Source: Podarcis melisellensis (Eukaryota). From it: a stretch of 64,000 bases of DNA. Below the pieces are notes generated by a model. That model was not told the origin of the DNA, did no database searches, and was given only the letters and a program-made list of their open reading frames with translations. The DNA lies in the NCBI GenBank assembly GCA_964234715.1, contig OZ174277.1; one strand, given 5' to 3'. How positions within the stretch are numbered: the stretch's first letter is position 1; the number at the start of each line of letters is the position of its first letter. Position numbers and translations under genes: made by a program. This document shows, piece by piece, positions 50,873 to 64,000 of this stretch.

Positions 50873-53800
50873 GTAAGATTTAGAAAGAAGAAAATATTTG
50901 ACATTTGTAAGAGAGCTCATCCTGTGAGTGGAGCCAAACCGGGGAATGTGGTGAGTGGTTATAGAGGCTTTGAGCAGCCAAGGAATCCCTGAATGCTTAG
51001 GTAGGGGTTGTGCTAATGTCTTTTCGGTGCTATCTTCAGCCATTATAGTTGGAAGCAAGTTCTGTTTCACCAGAGTTCGTAACACGGAGGTTCTGTTGCA
51101 AAGAGGAGACCCATCATCTGCTTCATTTGAGATGGGTCTTTTGAAGAAAACGGGGCAGGCATATGCTCTCTCTCTCTTGACACCACCTGACATAGGTTTT
51201 CTTTGCATCCCAGTTGGGATAAGAAGCAGAGCAGTAGTTGGAACAGATTCCATCTTATTATCTGAAAATGGGAAGTTCTGCTGTGCAGAACTCTGTTGAA
51301 AGAGCTAGCAACTGCACAAGAATAATGCTAATTTATTTGGAAAGCACTCCAGGTTTTCCAGGCACAGTACATAAGTTAAGATTAAGAAAACAATGCTGTC
51401 TCTGACTGCAGGCTTAACCTCCTAATAGACATAATAAAAAAAGGGGATAGGGAGGGATGAGATTCAGCTGGATGGCCCAATTGCAAGGAGCAAGCTGGTA
51501 CCCATGTGTTGGGTTTTCTTTGCTGCATGCAACACCACACTTGTGGGAGGAATGAGATGCTGTGCCTGGGAGGCAGTAGAAGCACTGCTTCTGTTTCAGA
51601 GGAATTGTGGCAATGCAAGCCAGAAATAGGTGAAAAGGCCTAAGTAAACACACTGACTTTTTGTGGCTACCAAAGTTTAATTGTGTGATGGAATTACTGA
51701 GCAAATTACTTCTGGGAAAAGAGGAGCTAAATGGCCGTTTTTCCCCACACAGCAGGTGGAGAAGGCAGTGCTAGCTGCCTTCTCCCATTCCTGCATCATG
51801 GTCATCCCCTTCCACAGCTCCCAGTCAGTTTTGACGAGACTTGAGCAGGGAAACATCCTTGTGGATTGAGACCAATGTTGTCTATCTCTTACACAAACTC
51901 TATGGCTGCTCAAATGCCCTCTAGACGAGGCTCAGAAAACACGTGAGAAATTTGCACAAGAACCTGTTTTTGTGGAAATATGTTTTACTTGGAAATTATT
52001 GTTGCTCTTTAATTATTATTAAATTATCCAGGATCCCACCCACCCCCCCCGAACTGGATCCAGCCCCAAAGCAATTTGGGGAGGGGGGTGGGCAGGACTA
52101 ATGTTTAGCTAGGTTTTAATTAAAGACTGTGTCTTCTTCCCCCATGAACTGAGAACAGGGGGCTCAATCCTAGGGGTTACGCTTTGAGAGGAAGCTGCTT
52201 GTGAAGTATTCATTTAGACCAGGGCTTCCCAAACTTGGGTCTCCAGCTGTTTTTGGACTACAGTTCCCATCATCCCTGACCACTGGTCTTGCTAGCTAGG
52301 GAAACTCTGATTTTGACCCTGCATCCTAAACCAGGCTTCAATTCACTATTGTAGGGATTTTTTTAAAAAGAGATGATAATTTCCCCCCTTCATTTATGAA
52401 TCGCTCCTTATGAAGCATCTTGAAGCAATGTCACAATACAATAACAAAAATGCAAATATAAAAACTATTTTGAATCCTGTACGCTAGTGACTGGGGGGGG
52501 GTCACAAAAACTAAGTGCAAAGCTGATTTGACAGGAGTAAATCAATCATTTAATTTTTCCAAAGTTCAAACCATGTGCAAGGCAGCTTACAACATATAAA
52601 AAATTACATAACCGCCAACATAACAAAACTAGTCATAAACAGTAAACAAAACGTCAAAAAATATAAACTGGAAAATTTCCACATAAATCATAAGATCCAA
52701 AATAAAGATGTACAAAATTAACATCAACAATGTTATAAATGTGAGGGTATGTGGTATAGAGGCAGAAGGAAGTTAATGTCCAGCTTTTTCCAAGCAAACG
52801 CCACTAGCAGACCTAGCAAAGGACAGACAAGTCATTCTTTAACATTACACGGCATTCTACCCTATTTCATTTATGAACTGCCCTCCATTGCATAGCAGTT
52901 TCCAGTAAAATGGTTACAACCCAATACAATCAGTACATCATAATACTATTAAGGGGCTATCCAGGACTTTACCAGGGCTATCCCAGTCCTTTGGGGAAGG
53001 GATGATGAAGCAAAGTGAATGTTCCACCAGTGCAAGGATTTCTGCTTGAGCCAAAGAACGTTCTCCCCATCCATGCCCCCTAAATTGGTTTGAAGGGAGA
53101 CCCCTAACACTTTAGGGGAGCAGATTTGGGGAGGGTGTGGGGCACACAGAAGAAAGATGGGGAAAGTAAATCTGGGCACTGATGGGACCTATGGATAGAA
53201 TACAGCCCATAGCTTGACAACATACTATGCCCTCTCTTCGTGTGTGATTGCTCACATGAGGAAAAAGTTCTCTTCACATTTGAGTGAAATTGGTGTTGAG
53301 AGCACACCAATGAATAATCCAATATTGAGAAAATTTGCTTTTAATGTGGGAATGTCTAAAATCCCATCCAGATGCCACCAAGATCCTGAACGATGGAGCC
53401 AAAATACTCCTTGCCTGTTTTCTTTCTGGATCTGGCCACTCCCTGCTCTTTGAAGGGCCCTGTTTGCCTTGCCTTGGTGGCTCCTTGCCCTGTGGAAAAT
53501 GGTCCACAGAGTCTGTTTGATCTGGTTTCGCCATTTTACCTGCTGACACTGAAGCATATGAAGAGGAGCAGGTGTCTTCCATAGGGCTGGCTGGGAGGGC
53601 AGCTACACATAGCACATTGCACCGAGGCCCAGAAAAACAAGGTCTTGGAGGGGGCTTTTCTGGAGAGACATTTTCTGTCTGGGAATTCACTTTAGGGAGA
53701 ATATGTTTTTGCGTGGAACCGCTCTGCTTCACAGAGATGGCTGAGCTGACTGGTGGCTGCCCAAGGAAAACTTCCTTTGGAGCTATTTAAAAAGAGCAGG

Positions 53801-56790
53801 TGAATTACCACACCATTTTTAAAAATAAGAATAAAGTAATGCAGTGAGTACATCTTGTATCTTAAGATCTCTCTCTCTCTCTTTTTTTTACATAAGTGAC
53901 AAAATAATAACTGTAATTCAACTGGTAAGCATCATTTCAATAACTCGACTAGAGCCAAGCTTTCTCTTGGTTTAATAATTGTCACTTTTTCCATTTTCAA
54001 CAACCTGCCAGTTTTTAAGCATCATTTCTTTTTTGTCTATTTAAATACGTTACGCTAATGCACATTAAGTTCATTCTCTGTGCATACGGTGAACAGACCA
54101 TAGCTCAATGCAGAGCGCATGCTTTGAGTGCAGAAGGCCTCAGGTTCAACCCCTGACATCCAAGGTTTGTTTGCATTTTCAAAGGATCACAAAGCATTTG
54201 TCACGAAAGACCTCTGAGACCCCAGAGATCTGCTCCTAGTCAGAGAAGAATATAAGAATACACTGGACAATAGATGAGCAGATAGTCTCATCTTTGTGCA
54301 TACCAAGTCACGTTATGGGCAACTAGTCACTTTTAATAACTGATTGCCCTGGCTATGACTATTGGTTGGTTAATCGGTTAGAATGTTCCCTAGTGTTTTT
54401 TGGTTTGTTTTCTTTTTGTTTACCTAGGTATTTAGAGATTTTAAGTTTGGCCTCACTGTAGTTTTGCTTGTTTCAATCATGTAAGAATTGTTTCTTGGAT
54501 CTGTTGCTATGATTTTGTTATTTTTGTATATTGCATTCTCTCAGTTCATCTTTATTACTTTGTTCCCCATTCTGGGAAAATATTCCGTTGTGGCTCACCA
54601 GATGTTACTGAACGCCCATCGTCCCTGACCATTGGCCATGCTAGATGGGGCTGATGGGAGTTGGAGTCCAACAACATTTGAAAGGCCACAAATTCCCTAT
54701 CTCTATTTGTGTCACATATATTGCAGGATCGGGTGCAAGCTGCAATTTTTACCTCTGCTGTACTGGCAGTGGAGTAAAACCATATATGATTTTTAGCTTT
54801 CTCTCTCGAAGTCTTTGCTTCCTCTCTTGTAGTTTTCTCAGGACCATTTTTTCTCTCTCCCTTATTTCTTCCTTTCTTTGGTACGCCACAGAAATGCTGA
54901 TCCAAGCCAATGGGTTCCTGCCACCTGTAGTCACTTTCATAAGCAGCCAATGAAAATAAACCTTCTGTGACAGAGCCGTAGACTCGACAGAATGCCAAGG
55001 AATACATGCATGGTTTTTGACCCCTTGTTACATTACAATAACACAGGACACACAACTACTTTCTTGTTGATTGCTAGGCTTCTTCCGTAGCTACTGAGCC
55101 ATGGGAGAAGGAATATGAAAGTTGCCGTGTTTCCTATAAATATTGGCATATTCATTGGCTTCTGGGTCTGGACAGGATGACGAAGAAGAATGAGAAAGGG
55201 TACTGTCAGTTACTGAATAACACCCTGCACTGAACTCATTGAAATAACTTGACTGGGGCAACTGCTCTGCTTAGCTGTTCTGTACCAAATGCCCCCATTA
55301 TGTTATGTGTGGTCAATTTCAGACTTAAATGGCAACCACTGTATTTCTGCTGCAAGTGTATGCACAGTAAACTTGCTCACTTCAGTAAGATTTAAGCAGC
55401 ATCACTGTGCCAGGATTGTAGTCACAGCCAAGTTTCAAGGAACCATGTTCTGTTGTTTTTTGCCACAAGCAACCTACCACATATAACTGAGATGATTAAA
55501 CAAACCTTGTATGTCTCAGTCTGTATGGTATTACAGTGACGTCATTGGACAGACATATTTTGCCCATCCAGTGAAGTGTTATTGTTAGAGAGGGAACAGA
55601 ATTTTGTTTGGTCCACAAGGCATTTTTTTAAAAAGAAGGCTTCTCCTGACATGTAATGCAATCATATAAGGAATATCAATTTTATTTATGATGAAATTGT
55701 TTTGCTGGTTTTGGAACTTGTAGGGATGGTTTTCTTGTGTTTCAGGGTGTGTTGAATTGTTTTTATTGTTTTCAGAGTTTGTGCTTTTCTGTTTTATTAT
55801 GTTTTTTTATTGTACTTCATTGATGACTTTATGCTGTAAAGTGGGCTGTAAATTTGTTTAATAATAAGAAGCAAACTGATCTAATATGCAGTTCGTGGAC
55901 TAATATATACACTGATCAGAATGTAATTATCCTTAATATACCACGTAATGACCAGAAGCCACTTGGGCATTAAGTAGCAAATACATACATCTCCAAATTT
56001 TGCAATAGAGCTCACGGCTCAAAACAAACAAACAAACTTAGCAAAATAAATAACAAATGTGAGTTTATTGGGAAGACATTTAGTAATGAGTGCATTGAGA
56101 TAACCTGTGATAATATGTGTATTTAAAAGCAACTTTAAGAATTACTTTTAAAAACGCTATAGATTTCTGCAGAAACAGTATGAAATGGACTTAAAAATGA
56201 AACATACAAAATTGACACTGACAAGTCCATTTCATACTTCCCTAGTTATTACAATATACATTTTATTTTTAGATTTCACTTTAGACATTGAAAATTGGCT
56301 CCAAAACTCTCTTGTTATGACTGTGCCATCCATATTATGCTCAACACAAGCTTATGCAGGACTAGTGCAGGTTTTCATGGTAAGAATGGTGCTTTGAAAT
56401 CACAGGATTTTACCTTCAATGATACCCACTGTTTCCAGACCAGGGGCCTGCAAAGCTTTCCCTCTCCATAATTCTCCCGGAGACCATGTTTTTCTGATTA
56501 ATAAGCTGCAGGCTTCCCCCTACAAAACCAAATTTCAACAAACCAACTTCTGGCATTCAGGTTTTTTCCTGAATAGCAGGAACCACATGAAAGCCGTAAG
56601 CTTTTCTGTCCTCACAGAAGGTGACTGCATTATCAGGCGCTGCCAGTGAGTAATTCCAGGTTGCTTTGTGAGCTCCAGTGTAAGTGAATTTTAAAAAGAA
56701 AAAAGAAAAGAAAAGACATGGAGAGAGAGAAGTTGCAATCCTGTATACACTTAGCTTAGAGCCAGGCCAGTTGATATCAGGGGGGACTTA

Positions 56791-57033
56791 CCGTATTTTT
56801 TGCTCTATAAGACTCACTTATAGAGCAAATGTGTGTGCGTCTTATGGAGCGAATGCAGGCTGCACAGCTATCCCAGAAGCCAGAACAGCAAGAGGGATTG
56901 CTGCTTTCACTGCGTAGCAATCCCTCTTGCTGTTCTGGCTTCTGAGATTCAGAATATTTTTTTTCTTGTTTTCCTCCTCCAAAAACTAGGTGCGTCTTGT
57001 GGTCTGGTGCGTCTTATAGAGCGAAAAATACGG
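56791..57033. mobile_element. Second Tc1/mariner (pogo-like) MITE family with an internal palindrome
   Basis: TIR CCGTATTTTT(T/C)GCTCTATAAGAC with TA on both sides. Internal hairpin at about 56870-56950. Confidence 0.82.
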
Positions 57034-57136
57034 TAATTCTGAATACACATGCAAAGGATTCTGCTGCAAATCATTTCCAAATTCAGAGCGAGCTTTCAGT
57101 GTGCTCCATGTTGCCTCTGTATTCTGAAACATCCAA

Positions 57137-57491
57137 GGTGGCGCTGTGGGTTAAAGCCTCAGCGCCTAGGACTTGCTGATCGAAAGGTCGGCAGTTCGAA
57201 TCCCTGCGGCGGGGTGCGCTCCCGCTGCTCGGTCCCAGCGCCTGCCAACCTAGCAGTTCGAAAGCACCTCCGGGTGCAAGTAGATAAATAGGGACCGCTT
57301 ACCAGCGGGAAGGTAAACGGCGTTTCCGTGTGCAGCTCTGGCTCGCCAGAGCAGCGATGTCACACTGGCCATGTGACCCGGAAGTGTCTCCGGACAGCGC
57401 TGGCCCCTGGCCTCTTGAGTGAGATGGGCACACAACCCCAGAGTCTGTCAAGACTGGCCCGTACGGGCAGGGGTACCTTTACCTTTACCTT
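57137..57491 (+). mobile_element. Sauria SINE
   Basis: GGTGGCGCTGTGG A-box region, AGTTCGAATCC B-box and an ACCTTTACCTTTACCTT tail. Confidence 0.88.
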
Positions 57492-58619
57492 ATGCACCCT
57501 ATGCACCAGCGTCTGACCATAAATATGCATATTAATACAGAGCGAAACTTGTCCACTGTATTTTTACAAGTGTTGCGGTGATGGCATCATTCGCTGGAGG
57601 GCATAAGGAAATAGGTAGAGGACTCATGAGCAGTTATTTCTTTTTGAAAAAAGAGCCAAGTGTGTAATAGTCGTTCATACCTACATTTTCATAGCAGACC
57701 TGTTCTTTCGGAAGATACCTGGAGATTTTGTACTACAGCCCTCATGAGACAAATGGGAAGCAGTTTTGGGTTTGTTTGTTTTTTGGAATCCCTGTATGTT
57801 TACCTGAGAGTTAAGTCCTGTTGAACTTCGTGGGATTTATTTCCACATATAAGTTCACAAAATTGCACTTTTACACTGCAGACCTTTGTATATTTGCCTT
57901 GTTTAACATAGTGGGTGCCACTTCTTTGGGCTGATCCAGCAGTAAACCATCGGCTTTCCCAGGGAAAGTAGTGGGGCAAACAAAGAACCTCTCAGACTTG
58001 TGCCTAGAACCCATGGGACAAGCAGTATAAAACACTGACCACACAGAAGTGTGGATGAACCCCCAATAAGCCTCCATAGAATTGAACTGCTAGATTCCGG
58101 TTTGGTCTTCATAATTCACCATGACATGGAAGGGAATTTGTGGCCATCCAGAGTTTGACTCAAGCTCCCATCATCCCTGACCATTGACCATGCTGGCTGG
58201 GGCTGATGGGAATTGGAGTCTAGCGACATTTTCCCATTCTCATGCTTTGAGAAGCCACAAAAAGAGGGGGCACCAAGTAAACCAGAAGTCTAATTGATTT
58301 GTCTAAAAGTATGAATAGTCCCTTGGAATCCCTGTGCAACTGAAACTATAAAGTCCTTATATACAGTAAAATATATTGTGGGGCAGAGATTGATTAAAAA
58401 TCAAAAGATCGCAGTCAATATGGACTGGGCTGCACAGACATTTGACAGGCCTTTTTTCTTTGTGAACAAAGATACAGTCTGTACAACTTGATTAAGTTTT
58501 AGCTTATTCAGACGTGTTTCCTACAGAAAGCAGAAAGTCATCACTGAAAGCATTTCCGATAGTTTCTCAGAGCTTTGAATGTTTGCTTTAACATTGTTTT
58601 TCCCCTTAAAAATCGATAG

Positions 58620-58735
58620 GTGGTTTTTCAATGGGAGGAGGCATGGCAATGCACTTAGCCTATAGGTACCACCAAGATGTAGCTGGAGTGTTTGGTCTTT
58701 CGAGCTTCCTCAGTAAGACCTCTGCTGTTTACCAG
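58620..58735 (+). CDS. LYPLAL1: LYPLAL1 coding exon 4 (catalytic Ser, GFSMG nucleophile elbow)
   Basis: atag acceptor and gtgggt donor; 116 nt. Encodes (G)[38 protein letters not shown]. Confidence 0.95.
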
Positions 58736-59143
58736 GTGGGTACCGAACTCTTTGCTAACTGTTTGTCCCATTGTGGCCATTTAAAATCTCAGAAGGTTGT
58801 GCCAGAGTGTAAACCCCCATGTAAGTGGCAGGAACCCCGTACACTCCCTTTTCAATATCTTTTAGTTGAGCAAAGATAATGATTACTCACTGGTCTCAGT
58901 TTTAAAGCTAAGATCTCTGATACACTTTACTAGTCACAGTAAACAATGACGGGCTTAGATGGACCAATGATGGTCTGAAAGTAGAAAGCAGTGGACAATT
59001 GCTTATTGATCTTTTCAGTTCCTTACACTTGCTGGATATTCCATGCACTCACTAATCTAGGTGGATCACTGGGTATCCAATGTAAAATATCTCCCTTCAC
59101 TTCTCTATTGTGGTAACAACACAGATGTCTCCTTTACTAACAG

Positions 59144-59362
59144 GCGCTGAAGAAAATTGAAAGGGAACCACCAGAGTTATTTCAGTGCCATGGAACTGCT
59201 GATGAATTGGTTCTGTATTCGTGGGGTGAAGAAACCAACAAGATGTTGAAATCCCTGGGAGTAGCGACTACGTTTCTGAGCTTGCCAAACCTTTATCATG
59301 AACTAAACAAAAGTGAGCTGGACAAACTGCAAGCTTGGATTTTGAAGAAATTGCCAGAGTAA
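59144..59362 (+). CDS. LYPLAL1: LYPLAL1 coding exon 5 (catalytic Asp and His, stop)
   Basis: acag acceptor. Encodes [72 protein letters not shown]. The spliced CDS is 690 nt (229 aa plus stop). Confidence 0.95.
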   Translation, partial: ALKKIEREPPELFQCHGTADELVLYSWGEETNKMLKSLGVATTFLSLPNLYHELNKSELDKLQAWILKKLPE

Positions 59363-59370
59363 CCATGAAC

Positions 59371-59376
59371 AATAAA
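59371..59376 (+). terminator. Candidate polyadenylation signal AATAAA for LYPLAL1
   Basis: AATAAA 8 nt after the stop codon. Alternative ATTAAA hexamers lie at 59501 and 59599. Confidence 0.4.
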
Positions 59377-59685
59377 TGAAAGTATATATAGAAAAGAAAT
59401 GCCATGGAATTTTCTGTGCTTTGTGGCTTTCAACCATGTAATATGATTATTTCCTATTAATAGACATAATTCATTTTTTCACAGATATTCAAATGAAAAT
59501 ATTAAAAACTCACAGAAAAGTAAGTTGCCATAAATTTCTTGAGTTTTATCTGTTTAATTTCCCAGGTCTTGGTTGTGCATATCACAATTTGTATATCTAT
59601 TAAACAGGATGAAATAGAATTATCAAGCACTAGCAGGATCCCATCTCAATATGATGGGTAGCCTGCAAAGTCCAGAAACTTGACT

Positions 59686-60050
59686 TGGTGGCTCTGTGGT
59701 CTAAACCACTGAGCCTCTTAGGCTTGCCAATCAGAAGGTCGGCAGTTCGAATCCCCGTGATAGGGTGAGCTCCCGTTGCTCTGTCCCAGCTCCTGCCAAC
59801 CTAGCAGTTCGAAAGCACACTAGTGGAAGTAGATAAATAGGTACCACTGCGGCAGGAAGGTAAACAGCATTTCCTTGTGCACATTGTGGTTCCGTTGTGC
59901 CAGAAGAGGATTAGTCATGCTGACCACATGACCCGGAAAACCGTCTGTGGACAAATGCCAGCTCCCTCGGCCTGAAAGCGAGATGAGCACTGCACCCTAT
60001 AGTCGCCTGTGACTGGACTTAACTGTCCAGGGGTCCTTTACCTTACCTTT
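59686..60050 (+). mobile_element. Sauria SINE downstream of LYPLAL1
   Basis: Same head, body and ACCTTT tail. The 3' part resembles the 7189 copy. Confidence 0.88.
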
Positions 60051-61399
60051 ATCTTACTGTATATATGAATTGATTTTATTACTAATGGTAGCAGGCTGGT
60101 TTAGACGATTATGTCTCAGGTAAATAATTATTTAACTGAACACACAAACACAGTGCAAACAGATCTTCAAGCTCACTTTAAAAGCAGTTTGCCATGGAGC
60201 ATGGGGCAGGTACTGAACAAGCTTTTTGGAGTATTGAAATAGTTTTGATCCTGACCTAAATCTCCCAGGTTGCAACCCTATGCAAAGCAGTTGGGCTTTG
60301 TTCTGTGCATAGTTTTGCAGAGGTTTGCATTCTGCCAAAATGGACTTATGAAATCCATTGATCCTGAAGCTTACTGAGATTGTTTTCTAAATATGTTGTA
60401 TGCTTTTTCTCCATGTGCTGAAGCTGAAAGAGAGGGAGCCACTTTCATACAGCTTTTCAGTGATCACTTCAGAACCCAGCAAAAGTTCATTCAGAAGCAC
60501 AATAAATAATTAGTCAATGTCCTTTACTGTTTAAAAGTAACTTCTTTTTTTCTAGGGGCCTTTTTTAAACCAATATATCATGTAGCCTCTCATTTCGGTC
60601 TTTAAGAGTTGAAGGCCGTTTGGCAAATCTAAATGAAACAAATGAGTGGGCTTAAGCCGTCCATTTCATGATACCTTCTGGAGCTGCCACTTACGTTGGC
60701 AAGGTACATAATTCAGCAAGCAAATGAAAACAGCTTCAAATTAGGCTTGAATTCTCCTGGGTTCTGTAAAGGTTTTCTGTTCTGCTTGGAAACAAAGTTT
60801 GGTGGTAGTTGGGTTTTTTTGTTTTTTTTAAAAAAAAAATCTTCCACCATTATAGATTGTTTTTAAAAGAGGGCTGCAATTCATGAATAGATTAGTGCTT
60901 TGAACAGCAATGCTTCCTAACTAATTGACTTGTGGCTGCAGACAGCTGGAGCCAGAGAACAATTATAGGCAAGACTGAAACCAGCTGATCAAGCCTAAAA
61001 TTATTGGTAACAAAACTGGAATGCCCAAGAGGTTGTGGAGTTAAATTAGTCTCCCCTATTAAACCATCTGACAGTCAAGTGGTTTTAAAAGAAAGAACGG
61101 AAATAGACCTTGGATTCTTTAATAACTTCATTCAGGGAAGGAAAAGGATGGGGGGAGAGCTGGATTTGTGGATTGAAGCGAGAGATGTATGAAAAAGACT
61201 GGATGTGGTTGAGCTAATTAATTTATTAAAGTGGGGTGGGGTGGGCGGTTTCCATCAGTTTGAACCACCCTGCAAGAAATGCAGTTAAAACAAACATCAA
61301 GTCAATATTTATTTAGTATATTTCTAACTTGTCCTTTATGGTTAAGATTACAGGGTAGGCTATGATGCAAATTACAACTGCAAAGGTGTTTAGACACTA

Positions 61400-61624
61400 C
61401 AGTGGTACCTCGGGTTACATATGCTTCAGGTTACAGACGCTTCAGGTTAAAAACTCCGCTAACCCAGAAATAGTACCTTGGCGTAAGAACTTTGCTTCAG
61501 GATGAGAACAGAAATCATGTTCTGGCAGCGCGGCGGCAGCAGGAGGCCCCATTAGCTAAAGTGGTACCTCAGGTTAAGAACAGACCTCCAGAATGAATTA
61601 AGTACTTAACCTGAGGTACCACTG
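61400..61624 (-). mobile_element. Tc1/mariner MITE, copy 6 (reverse orientation)
   Basis: Reverse complement of the family; TA TSD. Confidence 0.88.
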
Positions 61625-64000
61625 TACAATGAATCAGCCATAAACCGATTTTCAAAAAGAACAGATCAAAAGAAGAGTGTGAACTTTAACATTACAAAAT
61701 TCATGAAGACCCTGTGAACTGCCTACGTGGGTGACTTACTCCCTCATATTTATTGATTTACCTTGTATTTATTAATTTACCAAGCACCAGCTAAGGAGGC
61801 CAGCCTCTGGGAAGCCAACAGGCCAGGCACTAAGGCAACAGCTATTTTCATTTTCTTTGACCTATTCCGACATGGGCTACTGTATGTCCGGATTTCCCCA
61901 TATATTTCTGCAATTTCTACACTGAAATATCCATGAAAATCCTTACATATGGCAACCCTAGATTGTACAATAGAGAGGAATTGGCAGGCTAAGCTCCAGG
62001 ACTTGTAGGGCAAAACATCTGGGGGGTTGTGGGGGAAGGGGGGACCTATGGAGTTAAAACCAGGCCTTTTTTCAGCTGGAACTCAGAAGAACTCAGTTCT
62101 GGCACCTCTCAGATGGGCACCATTGCCATTCTAAGAGAACGAGGAAGGTGTTCATGGTGAGTTTCTAGAAAAACAGCACTGGCTAAAACCCTCCAAAATA
62201 GCTCATTGGGCATGGAACACTCATTGACTGAAGGAAAGTAGAGGAAAGTAAAGTTTTTTGTTACTTAGTTTTACATAATATATCTCACCTTTTCCTCGAA
62301 GGAGCTTAAGGTGGCATGCACAGTTCTCCCGCTTCTCCATTTCATCTTCATAACAACCTGGGGAGGTTGGTAAGGCTGAGAGGCAATGACTGGCCCAAGG
62401 TCACCCAGGGAGCTTCATGGCCAAGTGGGGATTTCACCCCTGGTCTCCCAGGTCTTGGTCCAGCATCCCAGCATCACACTTTCTCTCTTAACTCACTCCT
62501 CACCCCTACACCCCACTGGGATTGGGGTTGAAATAGAGTATCCTGGAACAGGGCATAGCTGGCAGCTCAAAACACTGAGCAGGCCCCTCTTTTGCCCCAT
62601 TAGCTAGCCAAATGTTGTTTGTCTTGATCTAGCAGGATGGTACAATGGGTTCACCACGTAGGGATTTTTTTTTAACAAAGTACTCACTCTGCTTGTGTTA
62701 CATAACTGAGTGTTGACTTACCTCCAGAAGTCGGAGCCGTGTTGATGATACAACGATGATATCAGAATTATTCCAAAGGCCAAAACACATTTGCGCTGAC
62801 AAAAAGTGAAAAAGAAAAGATGATAGGCAAACCTTCTGTAAATGCCTCATGAAATCATCCTTGGCTCTTTCTCGGTCCATTTTTTTCTTTTTTTAAAGAA
62901 AGAAGAAAGAGGATGCTTCTGTAAGCAAAATATGAAAGCTTCTAAAGGGCTGGCTGGGCTGCCTTGAGAATGGCAAGCTTTTCCTTGCTGTGAAAACAAA
63001 TGTTCTGAAAGTGTCTTTGATTAATGCCAGACTATTGCCATCTCTAATCTTCTTCATATGGTAGGGAAGAACTTGTGATCTTGTCGTCAGGGCTACATTA
63101 CCGCATTTGTTATGATTGCTGTAGGTAATTCCTAAATGGCTCTTGCTTTTCATATTGAAAACTCATTTTTCAAGTTGTTCGTTCAAATTATGAAGTAATA
63201 AGTCACCCTAATCAAACCATTACACAGGAAGATGCAGGGCAGAAGACAGCAGAATCTGCCCAGCTGGCTTAACTGAAATTGCATCTTTCACTGCTGACTT
63301 CAGGCATATTTTCCATTGCCTGTCCACTCTGGAAACCAGAGACCATCTCAGAACCTCTGACATCACTTTATGGATTTTGCAAAAATGCACATTTCCCAAT
63401 CTCCTTTCACAGTTCATGCATACAAGATAAGTAGATGCAAATGGGCACATTCATGCATGCGCACAGTCTCAACCATTCCATCACAAAAACTGGGGTAAAT
63501 TGTTGCATTCTATGTTCTTCACCTATCTAATTGTGATATTTCTCATCCCCAGCAGAACAGTTACAAGGGAGGATCTTTTTCTTGGCCAGCGCCACAATGG
63601 GAAGAATATTAAAGCACCTCTTTCACTCACGATAGCATTGTATTTTAAAAGTGAGGTATATTGAGTTCAATTTCAAATGGGAACCAGTGTTTCAGAGAAG
63701 CCCCTGATGGCCTGCTTGTGTAAAATTGGTGGCTCTGATTACAGAAAATCTACAGAAAGACTCTGTTGCTGCTGCAGGAACTTGCTTCTGATCTGCCAAA
63801 TCATAATAAGAAAGGAGTGAGCTGATGTACAGTGTACAGTGGCTGATGTAGCACATAGAAGTAGGCACTTCCCAGCTATAATGAAAAAAGGTCTGTTTGT
63901 CCACTAGCCTCTCCTAGTAATAAGCACATTCAATCTGTGGGAGAGCGAGATTCTAGGATTCTTATCCCTGCTTAGAGAATTAAGGTGTCGTAGGGGCACC

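Noticed and set aside
57137-57210. tRNA gene
   Set aside because: The A/B boxes belong to a SINE head continuous with a Sauria SINE body; there is no full cloverleaf.
1-64000. Most short ORFs in the six-frame track
   Set aside because: No recognisable domains or splice-consistent structure. Many use non-ATG starts or derive from microsatellites, repeats or N runs.

Overview
Eukaryotic (vertebrate) genomic DNA, most likely a squamate lizard, probably lacertid-like; this is inferred from the Sauria SINE, BovB, CR1/L2 and Penelope repeat content. There is one host protein-coding gene, LYPLAL1 (lysophospholipase-like 1, + strand). It has 5 coding exons from 38509 to 59362 with GT-AG junctions in phase, encodes 229 aa with an intact Ser-Asp-His triad, and starts in a CpG island. 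The rest is intergenic or intronic DNA rich in transposons: Sauria SINEs, Tc1/mariner-type MITEs, CR1, L2, RTE/BovB and L1-like relics, and solo LTRs. There are two N gaps. The most notable structures are: (i) a very young Penelope-like element (15681-17657) in a (TA)n tract, with a 661-bp inverted terminal duplication, an intact GIY-YIG endonuclease frame and a hammerhead ribozyme in each arm whose stem-II loop holds the ORF stop codon; (ii) three different solo-LTR-like elements that each carry an open frame starting at LTR nucleotide 2, one containing an HMGN-like RRSARLxAK motif; (iii) two BovB copies truncated at nearly the same base. Repeat boundaries without target-site duplications (TSDs) are approximate, and no database searches were run.
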